In this document: piece after piece, positions 1 through 11,960 of the stretch
Layout: every line of letters begins with the position of its first letter
Position numbering within the stretch: the first letter of the stretch is position 1
Source: Marsupella aquatica
Lineage: Eukaryota; Plantae; Marchantiophyta
Assembly: GCA_973895155.1 (NCBI GenBank)
Contig: OZ316896.1
Span: forward strand, 13,062,549-13,126,548
Length of the DNA stretch: 64,000 bases
Direction of reading: 5' to 3'
Program-made: the position numbers and the translations under genes
Notes under the pieces: generated by a model
The model's database searches: none
What the model was told of the DNA's origin: nothing
Seen by the model: the letters and a program-made list of their open reading frames with translations, nothing else

Positions 1-1303
1 GAATCAACAGCTACCATTTACCAACCAATGAGGAGTGAGGGAGCCAAGAAGCAGAAGGGCACCCTGCCAGAAGAGGAAAGCAGCCAACAAAGAGCAAGAG
101 GGGGACGCATCACCAGTGCGCACCACCAGAAGGAAAGAAACCAATCCAACACCGACCAAGAAGGAGTCAGAATCAGAGGGTCAGGAACCAGCGGAGGAAG
201 ACAAAATACGAGCAGAAACCAAGGCTTATAGGACAGCGCCCATTAATGACGACGACCTCAAGTACGCCCTCTCAACCGTAAAAGAAGGTGATGAACAACA
301 ATTCCGGGAGAAGCTGGGGATTGAAGTATTGAAAGAGAAGATCAGCACAGTGCAAAAAGATAGCATCTTTACAGTCATGATCGGACAAATCGCCAGTCAA
401 TTAGCCATTTATCAGGGAATAACGAGTTCGCTAGTACACTTGGAGTGGAACAAGCGAGAAGAAGAAATCGCCGAGGACTTAGCCGGGAAGGAGGAGGCAG
501 ATAAATGGGCAGTGGAGGCCGAGGAGACCATCAAGGAGTTACTAAATCGTAACAAAGAGCTAATAGCAGATAAGGATCAACTGACAACCATAGGAAGAGG
601 CTGGAGGCATGAGGAGGCAGCCACGCAGGAATTGGCTGATTACCTAGGAATGGAAGGGTTACATCCAGGGGGACTAACGACAAATTACCAGGAGGTTGTC
701 ACGGCCATCGGAGCAGCCATAGCCACAGTCAAAGCAGATAGCCAAAAGATCAATTCACAGCTAAGGGAGGATAACAAGAAACTCAAAGAAATAGAAGAAT
801 TGCAATCGCAACTCAAGGATGAAGCAGCAAAGCAACGCAGAACAGCCGGGGAATGGGCAGTGGAACGCCAGAGGGTGGAGGAATTGAAGAAAAAGCTCCA
901 GGGTCTGGAAACCCAACTCCAGCAAACCACCGCAGTCAAAGGGGACCCCACGGAGGATCTGAACAAACAAGCCCTACTGGAGGAGCAACTGGGGAAGCTC
1001 GAACGAAAACACTATGAAGTATCGGAGAGTTGGAGAATCACAGAAGACGACTATAAGCGGAAAATTGCTGAGTTAGAAGCCACTGTGAAGCTACAGGGCA
1101 CTGGAGAGGAGAGTATCACTGAACAGACCAAGGAACTCGAGCAGTTGAGGGCAGAGAACGATCAGCTTTCGCAAGAACTGGAAGATAAGGAACGATCAAT
1201 TTTGGATTTAAAATCCGAAGTGAGGAAGCTGAAGGCACAGAGTAGAGTTCCGATAACTCCAACCAGGACGACCAATGTTAGCGAGGGTAGGGGAGTGAAG
1301 TAG
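1..1303 (+). CDS. Long coiled-coil protein ORF, probably 5'-truncated by the window edge; likely an accessory ORF of the adjacent LTR element
   Basis: 422-aa intronless ORF (35..1303), E/K/Q/L-rich with heptad character; no catalytic motif recognised. Confidence 0.55.
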
Positions 1304-1506
1304 AACGGTGACGACTTGTCCCCAACGTGTACCAAGCATAACGGATATCGAGGACGAATCCGTAGGTAAGCAAAGGAGAATGTAAACGATAAAAATTACA
1401 CCGGCGATATTATAGTTTTTTTTAGGTTTAGAAGTGTCAACTAGAGGTCAACCAAGAGTATTTAGGAAGTAGTAAGCAAGGACCAGCGGTTATTCATTTT
1501 GTTGAG

Positions 1507-2112
1507 ATGACAGAAAGGCTGGAAGTAGGGGAGGCGACGATCATCTCGATTAATGGTCGTGTAGGAGTCGAGTTCTGCTATGAAGGCTGCGATGGCCTAC
1601 TAGCAGATGGCAGAGTATGTGCCTTAGGCACAAGAGCTTGACAGAAAAGGCAAGGGGGGGCGGATATAGGAACCCCCGTTAGCAGGAATCGGTTAGCTCA
1701 TGAGTGTAAGTCGCTAGGCGAAGGAGTGCCTATGTTCATGTTCACTATTCGGATCAAAGAAGAAAGCTGTCGTGTATGGGATGCGGCGGGGCAACAATTG
1801 TTTGGAATGAAGGGCGAAGAGTTCCGCCAACGATTCACCACCGGCGAGGCCATCAAAGAACTCTGTAGAAAGGTCATGCGGAAGAAATGGAATCTGCTGC
1901 TAAGACGGGATAACAGCCACGATCAGCGGATTACGTGGCGATTAATCACCGCCGAACAAGTAATTGTGGCCGGCAAACCGAGCAACCCCAAGGAAGATGA
2001 CAGAAGTCAGGAGGTCGAGGCACATATGGCAAGATTAACAATCGGGAGTCCGGAAGCTTCCGGATCAGGCGCAACCGAAGGGAATCGAGGAGGCCGTTGC
2101 ACAGTTCAGTAA
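1507..2112 (+). pseudogene. RPA70 C-terminal (Zn-ribbon OB-fold)-like ORF with one in-frame stop
   Basis: ATG 1507 is in frame with ORF 1726..2112, with TGA at 1639-1641. Translation has FCYEGC..C...HEC then FTIRIKEESCRVWDAAGQQLFGMKGEEF, resembling the Rep_fac-A_C pattern YxAC..C...C..C...FdeagexllGxsaeE. Confidence 0.5.
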
Positions 2113-2399
2113 CCAGGAAGATAGAACTTCTTGACATAGTAATCAACAGTTCTTGGCTTCCACTCATCGTTCTGCTAAGCATTAGTTAGCGTTCTTGATG
2201 AACGAGCGAAGGAGATCAAAGAGGAGGCGCGAGTCGTCCAACTGTAATCGGCGCACCCCAAGATGTAGTAGAGGCCTCGGCAAAGACGGACGCGAGGCAT
2301 AGGTATTTAGAGGCTGTGGAGCGCTAGGCGCTCTGTCACTTTTTGCTAGAAGTCTGGGGCAAGGTAGGGCTCCGCTCACCTTAGGAATGCCAGCAATTT

Positions 2400-2967
2400 T
2401 GTAATAGTGTCCCTACTCAGTTGAGTAGTCTTTGAGTATAAAGAGAGAGTTTGGAATGAATGCAACAGAGTGAAGTCCGCACTTGAGCAGTGAATGAGAA
2501 CGTCGAATCAGAGAGAGAGAGAGAGAAGGAATTTGCTTTATGCAGCAAGTCGTTACTCGTTAATCGCAACGATGAATGAATATCGTCTCATTGCGAACCA
2601 GAACCTTACGGGCCAGTGCCTCAAGGTATAGGTTGAACAGACAGCTAGTGAGAAGCAGTGTCTGGTTGGAGATAGTGTGTTTTGAGGGCGATACATTGGT
2701 TGTCATACACCTCCATCATACAAGGGTAAATGTGATACTGGGGTACTTGCTTAGGGTAACCCTGTCATAGTCACCCACACAATCCGGAAATCAATTGCCA
2801 GGCAGGCTGATTCAAAGGACAGCCGGACTTAATCAGGTCACGGCTACTAAAAACCATGAACGCAGACAGCAGTGACGACAAGTCTTGCTCCTTGATTACC
2901 TTAAGATCACTGGAACTGTGGATCTGTTCTATCGGCACCCATCTTATTTCCCGTCAGTCACTATACA
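2400..2967. mobile_element. Putative LTR (~568 bp)
   Basis: Starts TGTAATAGTG and ends CACTATACA (TG..CA with short inverted termini); contains a (GA)n tract at ~2510-2526; partner LTR not in window. Confidence 0.5.
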
Positions 2968-3070
2968 AGAACATTCCGATTTGCTTGATCACTTACCGCG
3001 AGTGGTGTGGGTTTATTGAGATTGTGTATAGAGAGGGGTTAGTGTTGGCCGAGGCTGAAGTGCCTAAGAA

Positions 3071-5940
3071 GTGGAAGATGGAACTCGACATTCAAGAGCA
3101 CTTGGTCGGATTCACTTACGGGGACTGTGTCGAGATAGAAGGAGTGCCGCCTCTCGAAGGTCGGTTAATCGTTTAAACGAGATTACTGAGGAGAAGGTAG
3201 TTAAACGGCCATTAATCGCAAGGTCGAAGTTGGCGTTTAACACAGCTCAATTGACCCAGGGCCTGATTGACGAATCCAAGCAATCTGCCATAAGTGAAGC
3301 AGAGAAGGCTTTCATGGAGAGGCTAGAGAAAGGAAAGGAGAAAAAAAGAAAGAGGAAGGAGGAGAGGAAAGGCAGGCCAGTGGAGGCCCTCTCACCACAA
3401 GAAAGAGAGAAGAGGCTTAGAAAGGAGGCTCGAGCTGCAGAGAGGGCAAGGATTGAGGAAGAGAGGCTACGAGCAGAGGAAAGGGCCAAATGGCCAAAAT
3501 TGTTCATTAATAAGGGAGGAGCTCCGATGACAAAGAGCTACAATTTGTTCAGAAGTCAGCTAGGGCAGGTGTTGAGGGCAAATTTCAGCCCCTTAGACTA
3601 CTGGGGGAAGAAGAAAGAAGAGGAGAAATTTCAAGCAAGGGAGCAAGTTAAGGAGCGATTCTGTAATGGCTGCTTCCTGGATGATCGATGGCTGAATAAG
3701 AAGATCTCACGTTCACTTGCAGATAGACGTAATAATGTGAGAGAAAAGATGAGGAAGTACCTGGCAGATTGTAAGGAGGAGGCAGAGGTGATCAGGCAGA
3801 GAGATCCCCCGGATGAGATACCAGCTGATGCCTGGTCTGCTTGGATTGATGCTGAGCTACAGGTTTGTGCTTGGCAAGCGAGACGTCACTGGCAGGCTGA
3901 GCTCGATGAGGCAGAGAAGAGGGTCCTTTCAGGACAGACTGTTGACATCCCCCTCCTGCAGCAAAACTTAATGGAATGGGAGGCCAAATTAGCACTGCTT
4001 GGAGACCCTCCACATTACATTCAAAATGCAATTGAGAGGATGGAGAAGAGACCTGCAGTTACTCACCGAATGGGGCAGGGTGGAGCGCATTGCCTCAAAG
4101 CAGAGTTTGTAAGTCCTCTGCTCCCCTCCTCCTTGCTCGCCTCCTTGCTGAATTTTCACCTTGAAATTGGGTCCTCCCTCTCCCTGATCACCTTAGGCAC
4201 AACCTTGGCTATGCCTGCATAAGTCCTCCCAGACCTCCCCTCTTATCCCTGTGCGTTTGTTATCGAGCCTGTATCGCAAGTTTTGATGTGTCCTTATTTT
4301 TTTCTGTTTCCAATTCTATTCTGATTGCTGAAGAGTCGGAAATGGAGTGGGACTCTCTCTTATGGGTTTTGGACGCAAGGCTTCCGATTATGGTCCGATT
4401 ACCTGAGAATTGGACCCTGCATCGGACCTTAGGTTTCGGGGTTTAGGGTGGAGGGGTCCGATTAGGGAAGCATCGGAAAAATTCAAAATTTTGAATATTT
4501 GACTGTTTTAGGCCACGTCGGGGGGTTTGTTTTTTTTAAGGAGTGCCGGGCTTAGGTTGTCGTTGCTTTTTGCGATAGTTAGGCCACGATAATAAGGGAG
4601 TATTTTATATAGGTAGAGTGGGTAGTGATACCCATGAGTTGAAAGGGATGTGGGGGTGTTAGGGAATTTTTTCTAAGTAATGTGTGGGGCTAGGTAGGGA
4701 TTATTATTCATTAAGTAATGTGGGGGATTTGGTAGGGATTAACTTTTAAAATAATGTATTTCAAGTAATGGGGGGTTTCAATTTTATTCTCATTTTCCGG
4801 GGAGGGGGGTTAATTATTATCTTGAGTATGGTGCAGGAGCGAGAGCATGGACGCCCAATCTTGCCACCTGAGAGAGAGTTGGCTAAGAAATTTGGAACGC
4901 GGGCTCTGAAACTTCACATGCATGACGAGTTGGGGTCGGTAAGTATATGCACAATTGAAAACCATATTTTTAACCTTTGAATGCAACATGGTTATAATCA
5001 CTCCCTTGTAGGTCATTTGCAACACTAACACTTGGGTTCATGGTTGCTTACATGTATGTAGGAGTCAAATGAGGAGTTGGAGGGTTTGGACTCAGCCGAG
5101 GAGGGTTCGGGGGCCTCAGATTCAGAGTCTGAGGCTGAGGCTGAGGAGGGGAGTGTGGCACCCACCCCTGTTCGCTTGATTGGCGGCACATCCTGAGGGA
5201 CTCAAGGTAGTCATTCCAGACGGAGGACTGATGGTGATGTAGGTGGCCGTAGAGCAGCAGGAGGTAGTGGGGGTGCTACAGCTGCTGGAGGTGGTGTTGG
5301 GACAAGTGGTAGTGGGCGCCGGGGCGGTTTTGATCGATCTGCAGGTGCTGGTGGGCGGGGTAGTACTGGGGCCCATAGTGGTTCTCATAGGCCTGGGTCT
5401 GGTGGGGGGGTTGGTAGTGGGCCCCATGGTGGTTCTCGCCGCCATTCAGGGGTTGTTGGCGGGAATGGTTCTCGCCATTCAGGGGCTAGTGGTGGAGGGG
5501 CTAGTGGTGGAGGGGCTAGTGGTGGAGGGGCTAGTGGGGGTGGGAGCACTGCTCGTGGTCATTCAGGGGCCAACAGGGTGAGTGGGACTGCAGTTGGTGG
5601 CATTGGTGATGGGACTCCATCTCACCAGTCAGGGGCTAGTGGAGGTGCAAGGTCTCACCACTCTGCAGCCCAAGGGGGTAGTGGAAGTGCATCATTTCAT
5701 ACTTGCTCCGATGCTGGGGGTGTTACAGTGCCTTCTCATGACTTAGAAGGTGATGTTGGTGACGTTGGTACCGCGATAGCTCCAAGCACCACAGCTGCAA
5801 CTGCATCTCATGCTGTCATTGATAGGGTCCTAGGGTTAGTGCCAGATGCCACTACCCAACCAGAGAGTTACGCCCTCGTGCCAAGAAGAGGAAGGGACGA
5901 CATGCACCAACATATGGATAGGCCAGGTAGCTTAGCATAG
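3071..5940 (+). pseudogene. CACTA TnpA-like gene (Ptta/En-Spm, Transposase_24-like) of the inner element, 3 exons, Gly-rich tail
   Basis: Exons ~3071-4108, 4837-4938 and 5062-5940 with GT-AG boundaries; motif AVTHRMGQGG..F|EREHGRP; in-frame TGA at 5194-5196; GASGG repeats at ~5480-5540. Confidence 0.6.
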
Positions 5941-6159
5941 GACCATTTGTAGGTAGGCCGCGATACCATGCAGGTTGAGATGGATTATACACCTGTACAT
6001 GTAAAGGTTGTACTTTCCATGTTAGAGGAGGCCATCCTCTTTTGTATATATAATGGCAGGGGTTTTCCCCCTTTTGAGTCTCACTACCATTCTTGCTACC
6101 CATGCTCACTTCCATGCATCCCAACATTGTAACCCCCACACCCCCAAAATTAATAATCG

Positions 6160-6704
6160 GAAATTTTACCCCTTCAATTATCCGATACTCCTCCGATCTT
6201 AAAAATATCGGAATGTCCGATTCTCCCAAACTCGGAATTTGCCATCCCCAGAGAATCGATCTTTTTGATACCCTCGGTTACGGTCTTTCCGATACTTCTA
6301 GTAACGGTATTTCCGATCTTTATAACGACGGTATGTTCGATACTTTTATTTACGGTCTTTGCGTAACCTTTTGATACGCAATATGCGATATTCAGAGTTA
6401 CCCAAAGTCCAATTCTTTACGTATCGGAAGTGTATCGGAAGTGTATCGAAAGTGTCTCGGCTCCCCTCTTCCATTTCCGATTTGCAGAACATCGGACGGT
6501 TGCTTTTCCGTTATTGTTGGGTACGCAAAGTGCGTTAAGTTTTGTATCGCAAAGTCCGATTATCTTCCGATTGTCGTTATCCGATGGGTTGAGAGTCGGA
6601 ATTTGTGATACGTTCAGAGTCGGATGAGATGTTTTTCTTGGCAAAATTTTACAAAGGGATCCAAAGGTGTCCATATCGGAAATTGGCCTCATAATGTACT
6701 AGTC
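6160..6704. mobile_element. Right end of an inner CACTA-like element (subterminal repeats plus GACTA-type terminus)
   Basis: Dense TCCGAT/ATCGGA repeats in both orientations. Ends ...ATGTACTAGTC (reverse complement GACTAGTACA) exactly where the TnpD reading frame resumes at 6705. Confidence 0.6.
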
Positions 6705-8095
6705 ATTGCATTCACTCTCTGCATTGTGGAAATCCATTTTCCACCAAGCTTCTTTGATGTCATGACCCATTTAATGATTCACCTAGTGGAGGAATTAGAC
6801 TTGTGTGGCCCAGTTACAGGCAGATGGATGTACCCAATAGAGAGGAACCTGAAGGTATTGAAGGGTTATGTACGAAACAAGGCACGTCCAGAGGCTTCTA
6901 TGGCTGAAGGCTATGTATTAGATGAGTCTTTGAGATTCCTTTCTGAATACATGTTTGATGCTAAGGGAGAGGGAAAACGAACCTGGGAGTTGGAGGAGGA
7001 TGTTGGCGTTGCAGGCATTGTCTTGGAAGGGGCTGCAAAGGAGATAACTTTGAATTGGTCTGAAATGATGGCCATGCATCATTATATATTGGAGAATGAA
7101 GAGACAGTGGCTCCATGGTACAGGTATGTAAACCCTGTACCATATGGATCATAATTATGCTGCCCCATTGTGTTTGTATATTCATGGTGGATCATGCACT
7201 AATGTCTTGAGTGTTGTTGTTGCCATGTAGGATATATGATGCTACCAATGAGACTGTTACCAAACAAAGAGTGGATTTCCGGAAGGAATGGATGAGGAAG
7301 CCTGCCAATCGAAGAAAACCAGTGGAATTTCCCCTTGACTACCAAGAACTGCCACCTTTCAGGGAATGGTTTCAAACATTAGTCAATACCCATAATTTTT
7401 AGACAGAGTCTGAGCGATCATTACTATCTGCATACTCCACACCACCTAGTTTGAAGGCATGACTGTATAGGGCATGCAGAGCCTATGGGCATCACTGGAG
7501 GACTATTCCATCCTTGGGGTGTTTGAGTGATTGTGATTCTGGTGCATTCAGCACTTTTGATTCTGGGATGGCTTCGACATTCACTGAGAAGCGGGTGGAC
7601 AGGTCTGGCGCAACTAGAGAAGAATCTGTACAGTATGTAGGGGCCTTGACAGATATCTTAGTACTGAATTACGGCAGCTTGAGGAAAGAGGTGATTCTTT
7701 TCAAAGGGAAATGGGCAGATCCATCATGGACTCCTAAATCCTCTGCCAGTATGAGGTATTCTGAGTCTGGTCTTTGGCAGGTGAATTTCCATAGAGAACT
7801 GGGTGTGTCCAAGAAAATGGATTACGTTTTCCCAAAGCAAGTGGAGCAGGTTTTCTTCCACCCCAATGAGAAGGGGATAGCATGGAGAACAATCCTCCAC
7901 AAAGAATCCAGGTCCACAAGGGTGTTAGGTGATTACACAGATGTTGATTTCCATGCTACAATGGAAAACAATGCCAAATTACACATTGAATTGGCTAAAG
8001 CCTGTAGGACTAGAGCAAATCCAGGACCAAGTACTGGTCCCAAACGAGGCAGAGATGCAGAGGGATCTGCAAGAAAGGGTAGGCCTAAGCAGTGA
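6705..8095 (+). pseudogene. CACTA TnpD transposase C-terminal part (DUF4218 + DUF4216 region)
   Basis: TLCIVEIHFPPSFFDVMTHLMIHL..CGPV..RWMYPIER..LKGYVRNKARPEASMAEGY; intron 7124-7230; YVGALTDILVLNY..ILFKGKW..YVFPKQVEQVFF; in-frame stops at ~7400 and ~7460. Confidence 0.9.
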
Positions 8096-8525
8096 ATAGG
8101 TTTTAGGTGTGTGAAGTCCATAGATGGACTACATGTATGGACTATATATGAAATCAGACTAATGTTTTGCCCATTTGTGCAGTTGGTGAATGCAGCCTGT
8201 GAAAGGAAGATTGCAAGGGTTGTCACATCCTGTGAATGCTTATGAGGAGGCCCAAAAGTGGAACATAGAGCATAATGTCAGCATTATGCGTGATCTAGGA
8301 CTGGGGCCAGACTGCATGCTGATGTGTGTGTTAAAATGTCTGTTGCAAATTTGATTCAGTAGATATATGGAGTTGTCAGGTTCATGTTCTGTTTTCATAT
8401 TCCAGATTGGTCTCATACTAGTATGGAACCTGTACATAAGTACCATTATTACTGTGTTGTAGATTCTACTTGCATGTATGTTTGATCTGCATTGGTGTAT
8501 GTTGATGATTGCTTTGTTCCTTAGA

Positions 8526-11130
8526 GGCCCAACCACACATGTACAACGATAGAGAGAAAAGCCTGCATTGGTGAAAGGTACTTCAACTGGAACATTGCCA
8601 AAGAGGAGGAGCTCTAGACTATCACAAGTTACCAAGGTGAACATGGCAGAGTCTGGTGATGATGGCTATGCCAGTGCTGGGTATGACACTGAGGATTCTG
8701 ACATTGGAGGGTCAGAACCTGAGAGTGAACAGCAGGTAATGCTTGAACTTCATCATCCTAAACCCTAAATCCTTGTCCTTGTTTCAAAGTATTTGTTAAT
8801 ATGCCTACGTTGTCCATGATGTAGGTACAGAAACAAAATCGTGGTCCTAAGAAGACTGGGCCTGGTGGAGGTGGGCTGGTGAGATGTTGGAAAGACCCAG
8901 ACACTGGACTGTTATATGAAAGTGAGTGGATTGTAGTGATATACCTTTTCAGTGTGTTTGGAAGTTGATATTCTACATTTTCCTAAAATTCACTGAAGTG
9001 CTTGGTGGTGTGTGTTTGTTTAGTGGTTCCATCAGCATCTGAAGGCAGATCAGGCCAATCTGACGTACTACATTCCAGAGGATCTTCAGGTAATACAAAT
9101 CTGCTCGTCATGCATATGCAAGTGCATTTGCTCAACTTTTCAATGTACATATTTTCTGAGTGAAAGCATGTGTGTGCATTGCAGGCAGGGCCTCTGAGAT
9201 GCACAGGGAACGAAGGCATGCTAAGAAGATGTTTGATAATGCTGCCAAAGTACAAAGGAATCAGGGAGATTTGCCCAAACACATTAAAGTGAGTATTGTA
9301 CTTTTTTTGAATGTAGATTTAGACATAGATCCTCTCTGTTATTGTGTGTATAAAACCTGGACTATGCATAAATTCCAGAGTTATGAATTGACATTGCATG
9401 TGAAATGCAGATTTATGACAATGATATTGATGATTCTGATCCCAACAAACAGTACTGGCTGGAGGAACTTCGTGGCAATGTACTCAAAATCTTTGATGTA
9501 TCAAAGCCAAAATGGACTGATCATCCACGAGTTCATATAACCAGTGTGTGGAAGAACATGGCAGCTGAATGGGAGTATGTGGGTGGGGAATTTATTGACA
9601 ACAAATTCCAGAGTCATTGTCGTGGCATATTGAAGAGAGAGCGCCATAAAATGCATGTTTACTGGAAGAAAGTTTGCAATGAGGATCCAACCAAACCTGG
9701 GCCATCTGGTGTTGATCCAAAGAAATGGGCAGCTTTGGTATCTCATTTCACCAATCCAGCATTGATATCTTTGAGTAAACAGATGACTGATAAAAGAGCA
9801 CGAGTGCAAGATACCAATCACTTTGGTAGAGGAGGGCATGCTGCAGCAGCAAAGAGAATGGTAAACTGTCTATATCATTTTCACTATCAATTCTGTCTTG
9901 TTTGTGAATCTTGATGAAAACAGACTCTGAGTTTCTCATTCATTGTGTGTTTGAACAGAAGCAGAAGAGAGGATCAAGCCCAGGTATATCTGACCTGAAA
10001 GAAAACCTTGGTAGTCAGGGATCATTGCCAAAGGTGACAATGAGCCCATCATTGGCAAGTGCAGAAGGTCAGACTGGTAGTTTTTTGGGAGCAAAGGTGA
10101 GCCCGTCATTGGCAAGTGGGGAGGGTAAAAGCGCTAGCTTACTGGGGCAAGGATACAGACATGGATCAGCTGTGAGTATTGCCATTCCAATCTGATTTGT
10201 ACATCATTTTCCATTTGATAGAGTGTTGTGTCGTTTGTTAGTTTGATAGTGAGAATGTTGTGTTGGTTTGTGGTTCATTTACAGAGCCCACATTCAAAAG
10301 AAGAGATCACTGCCATTGGGGCCCTGTCAAATTGGATGTCGATGAGTTGAAAGGCACTATGAAGGAGTTGACAAACATGATGACTATATGGATGGCACAT
10401 CACTCCAGTAATGCACAAGTTCCAACATTTGTTCCTAGTCACAGTAAGTTGACTACAGCTACCAAAGAAGGTAGTAGAAAACGATCTCTTACTTTTTCAG
10501 GTGATAATGGAGGTAAAATTCTCTATCATCTATTCACTGTCCATTCAATGTAATTATTGTGGTGTATATATGTCATTGTATGTTTATAATGTTCTTGCAT
10601 GTTCTAGTGTGATTATATGTTGCTGGTGTATACATGTTTGTTTATATGCATTTCTCTTGTGTGTGTTTTATGACAGCATCTTTAGGGGAGCCTCCTGTGT
10701 CGCAGGGAAGACCAACTGACACAGCTAACAGTACTCTGAAGCAAACTGAATTGGAAGTGAACCTTTTGCCATCTAAGTTGCCCAAAGAAGCCATTTCAGA
10801 TGCCTTTCAGTTACCAGAGGATAAGTCGACTCAGTTGACACCAGATGTAACCCCAGAATCATCTGAGTTGCCAAAAGAAACTCCTGTTCCAAGTGAGCAT
10901 GATGACACTCCATCAACTAGAAAGGGAAAGAAGAAAAGGAAGAAAGGATCTTCAGCAAATGCATCACCTGCACAGAAGAAACCAATGCAGTCTCCTAACC
11001 CCATTGCAAAGGTAAATGTGTGTTTGATTTGAGTGTTCTTCTATCTTTCAATTTCTGTTTATTGCATTTTTAACAAAATGTGTTGTTCACAGTTTGCAAG
11101 AGGAGCACTAGAAGAATCCGAGGTGAACTG
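8526..11130 (+). CDS. Multi-exon CACTA TnpA-like gene (Transposase_24-like), plus strand
   Basis: Many short GT-AG exons. Core exon 9411-9860 encodes PSGVDPKKWAALVSHF..SKQMTDKRARVQDTNHFGRGG. Outer boundaries are approximate. Confidence 0.65.
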
Positions 11131-11460
11131 AGACCGCAATATGTGACTCATTTTGGCTCATGTGACTTCATTGTGACTCAACGTGACTTGACCCACGCTG
11201 TGACCCTTGGAATTGCAAAAGTTGAGACCAAAAAATGGAAGTCACTATTGATACTAGGCTTTGCAACTTGCTTGATACCCATTTGTGACTGATCTGTGAC
11301 TTTATTGTGGAGTCTAGCCTTGTTTTGGCGTGACTGCAATATGACTTCAGCGAGTCACATTGTAAGTCACATACATGACTTACCCGCATTCAACAACGAC
11401 TAGCGTGTGACCATTTAGTGTCACAGGAGAGACCAATGGAGACCCTGGCCCGCATCACAC
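11130..11460. repeat. Cluster of TGTGAC/GTCAC motifs between the convergent TnpA-like genes
   Basis: Many GTGAC copies followed by GTCAC copies; resembles CACTA subterminal repeats. Confidence 0.45.
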
Positions 11461-11960
11461 AACAGAACCATTTGGGACTCTATATACTCATGTTTATAAC
11501 TAATAAGGTTCACATGCAAGTTATAACCATGACTAATGAACACAGAGGGACAGTTCATAAGGAGAGAGAGCACTCGACATTACAATACATAGAAACCTGA
11601 TGTTCTAACTTTGAAAATATAACACATTGAATACAAGAAATGAACATAGCATGAATGACATCCACATGAAACAAAGCATCATATAAGCAGATCCTACATA
11701 AAACATTCATAAGAATTAAACACAATCACAATCTTGCTCAAAAATGAAGATCATTTGAATTCCAATGGAATAGTTTACAATGTGATCAATGTAATTCAGA
11801 CAAAACAGGAACTCATAATTGATGACTGCAGGATGAGATAACTGAAAGCACATGCATGATACTATGAATCTCCAAGAGGACATGATTCTTGTACTGCTTC
11901 TTGACATCTAAAATCTACATAACATGACTCCCACTACAAACAAATAATGGCATGACATTG

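Noticed and set aside
2959-2975. CACTATACAAG as the left end of the inner CACTA
   Set aside because: Flanks (AGT vs ATT) give no TSD, no subterminal repeats follow, and upstream is not TnpD; it is better explained as the LTR's inverted terminus
4425-4470. Interstitial telomere repeat
   Set aside because: Only isolated TTTAGGG/TTAGGG words, not a tandem tract
5122-5581. Hydrophobic Val/Gly ORF (5243..5581) and Thr/Pro ORF (5122..5445)
   Set aside because: Alternative frames of the Gly-rich TnpA-like exon
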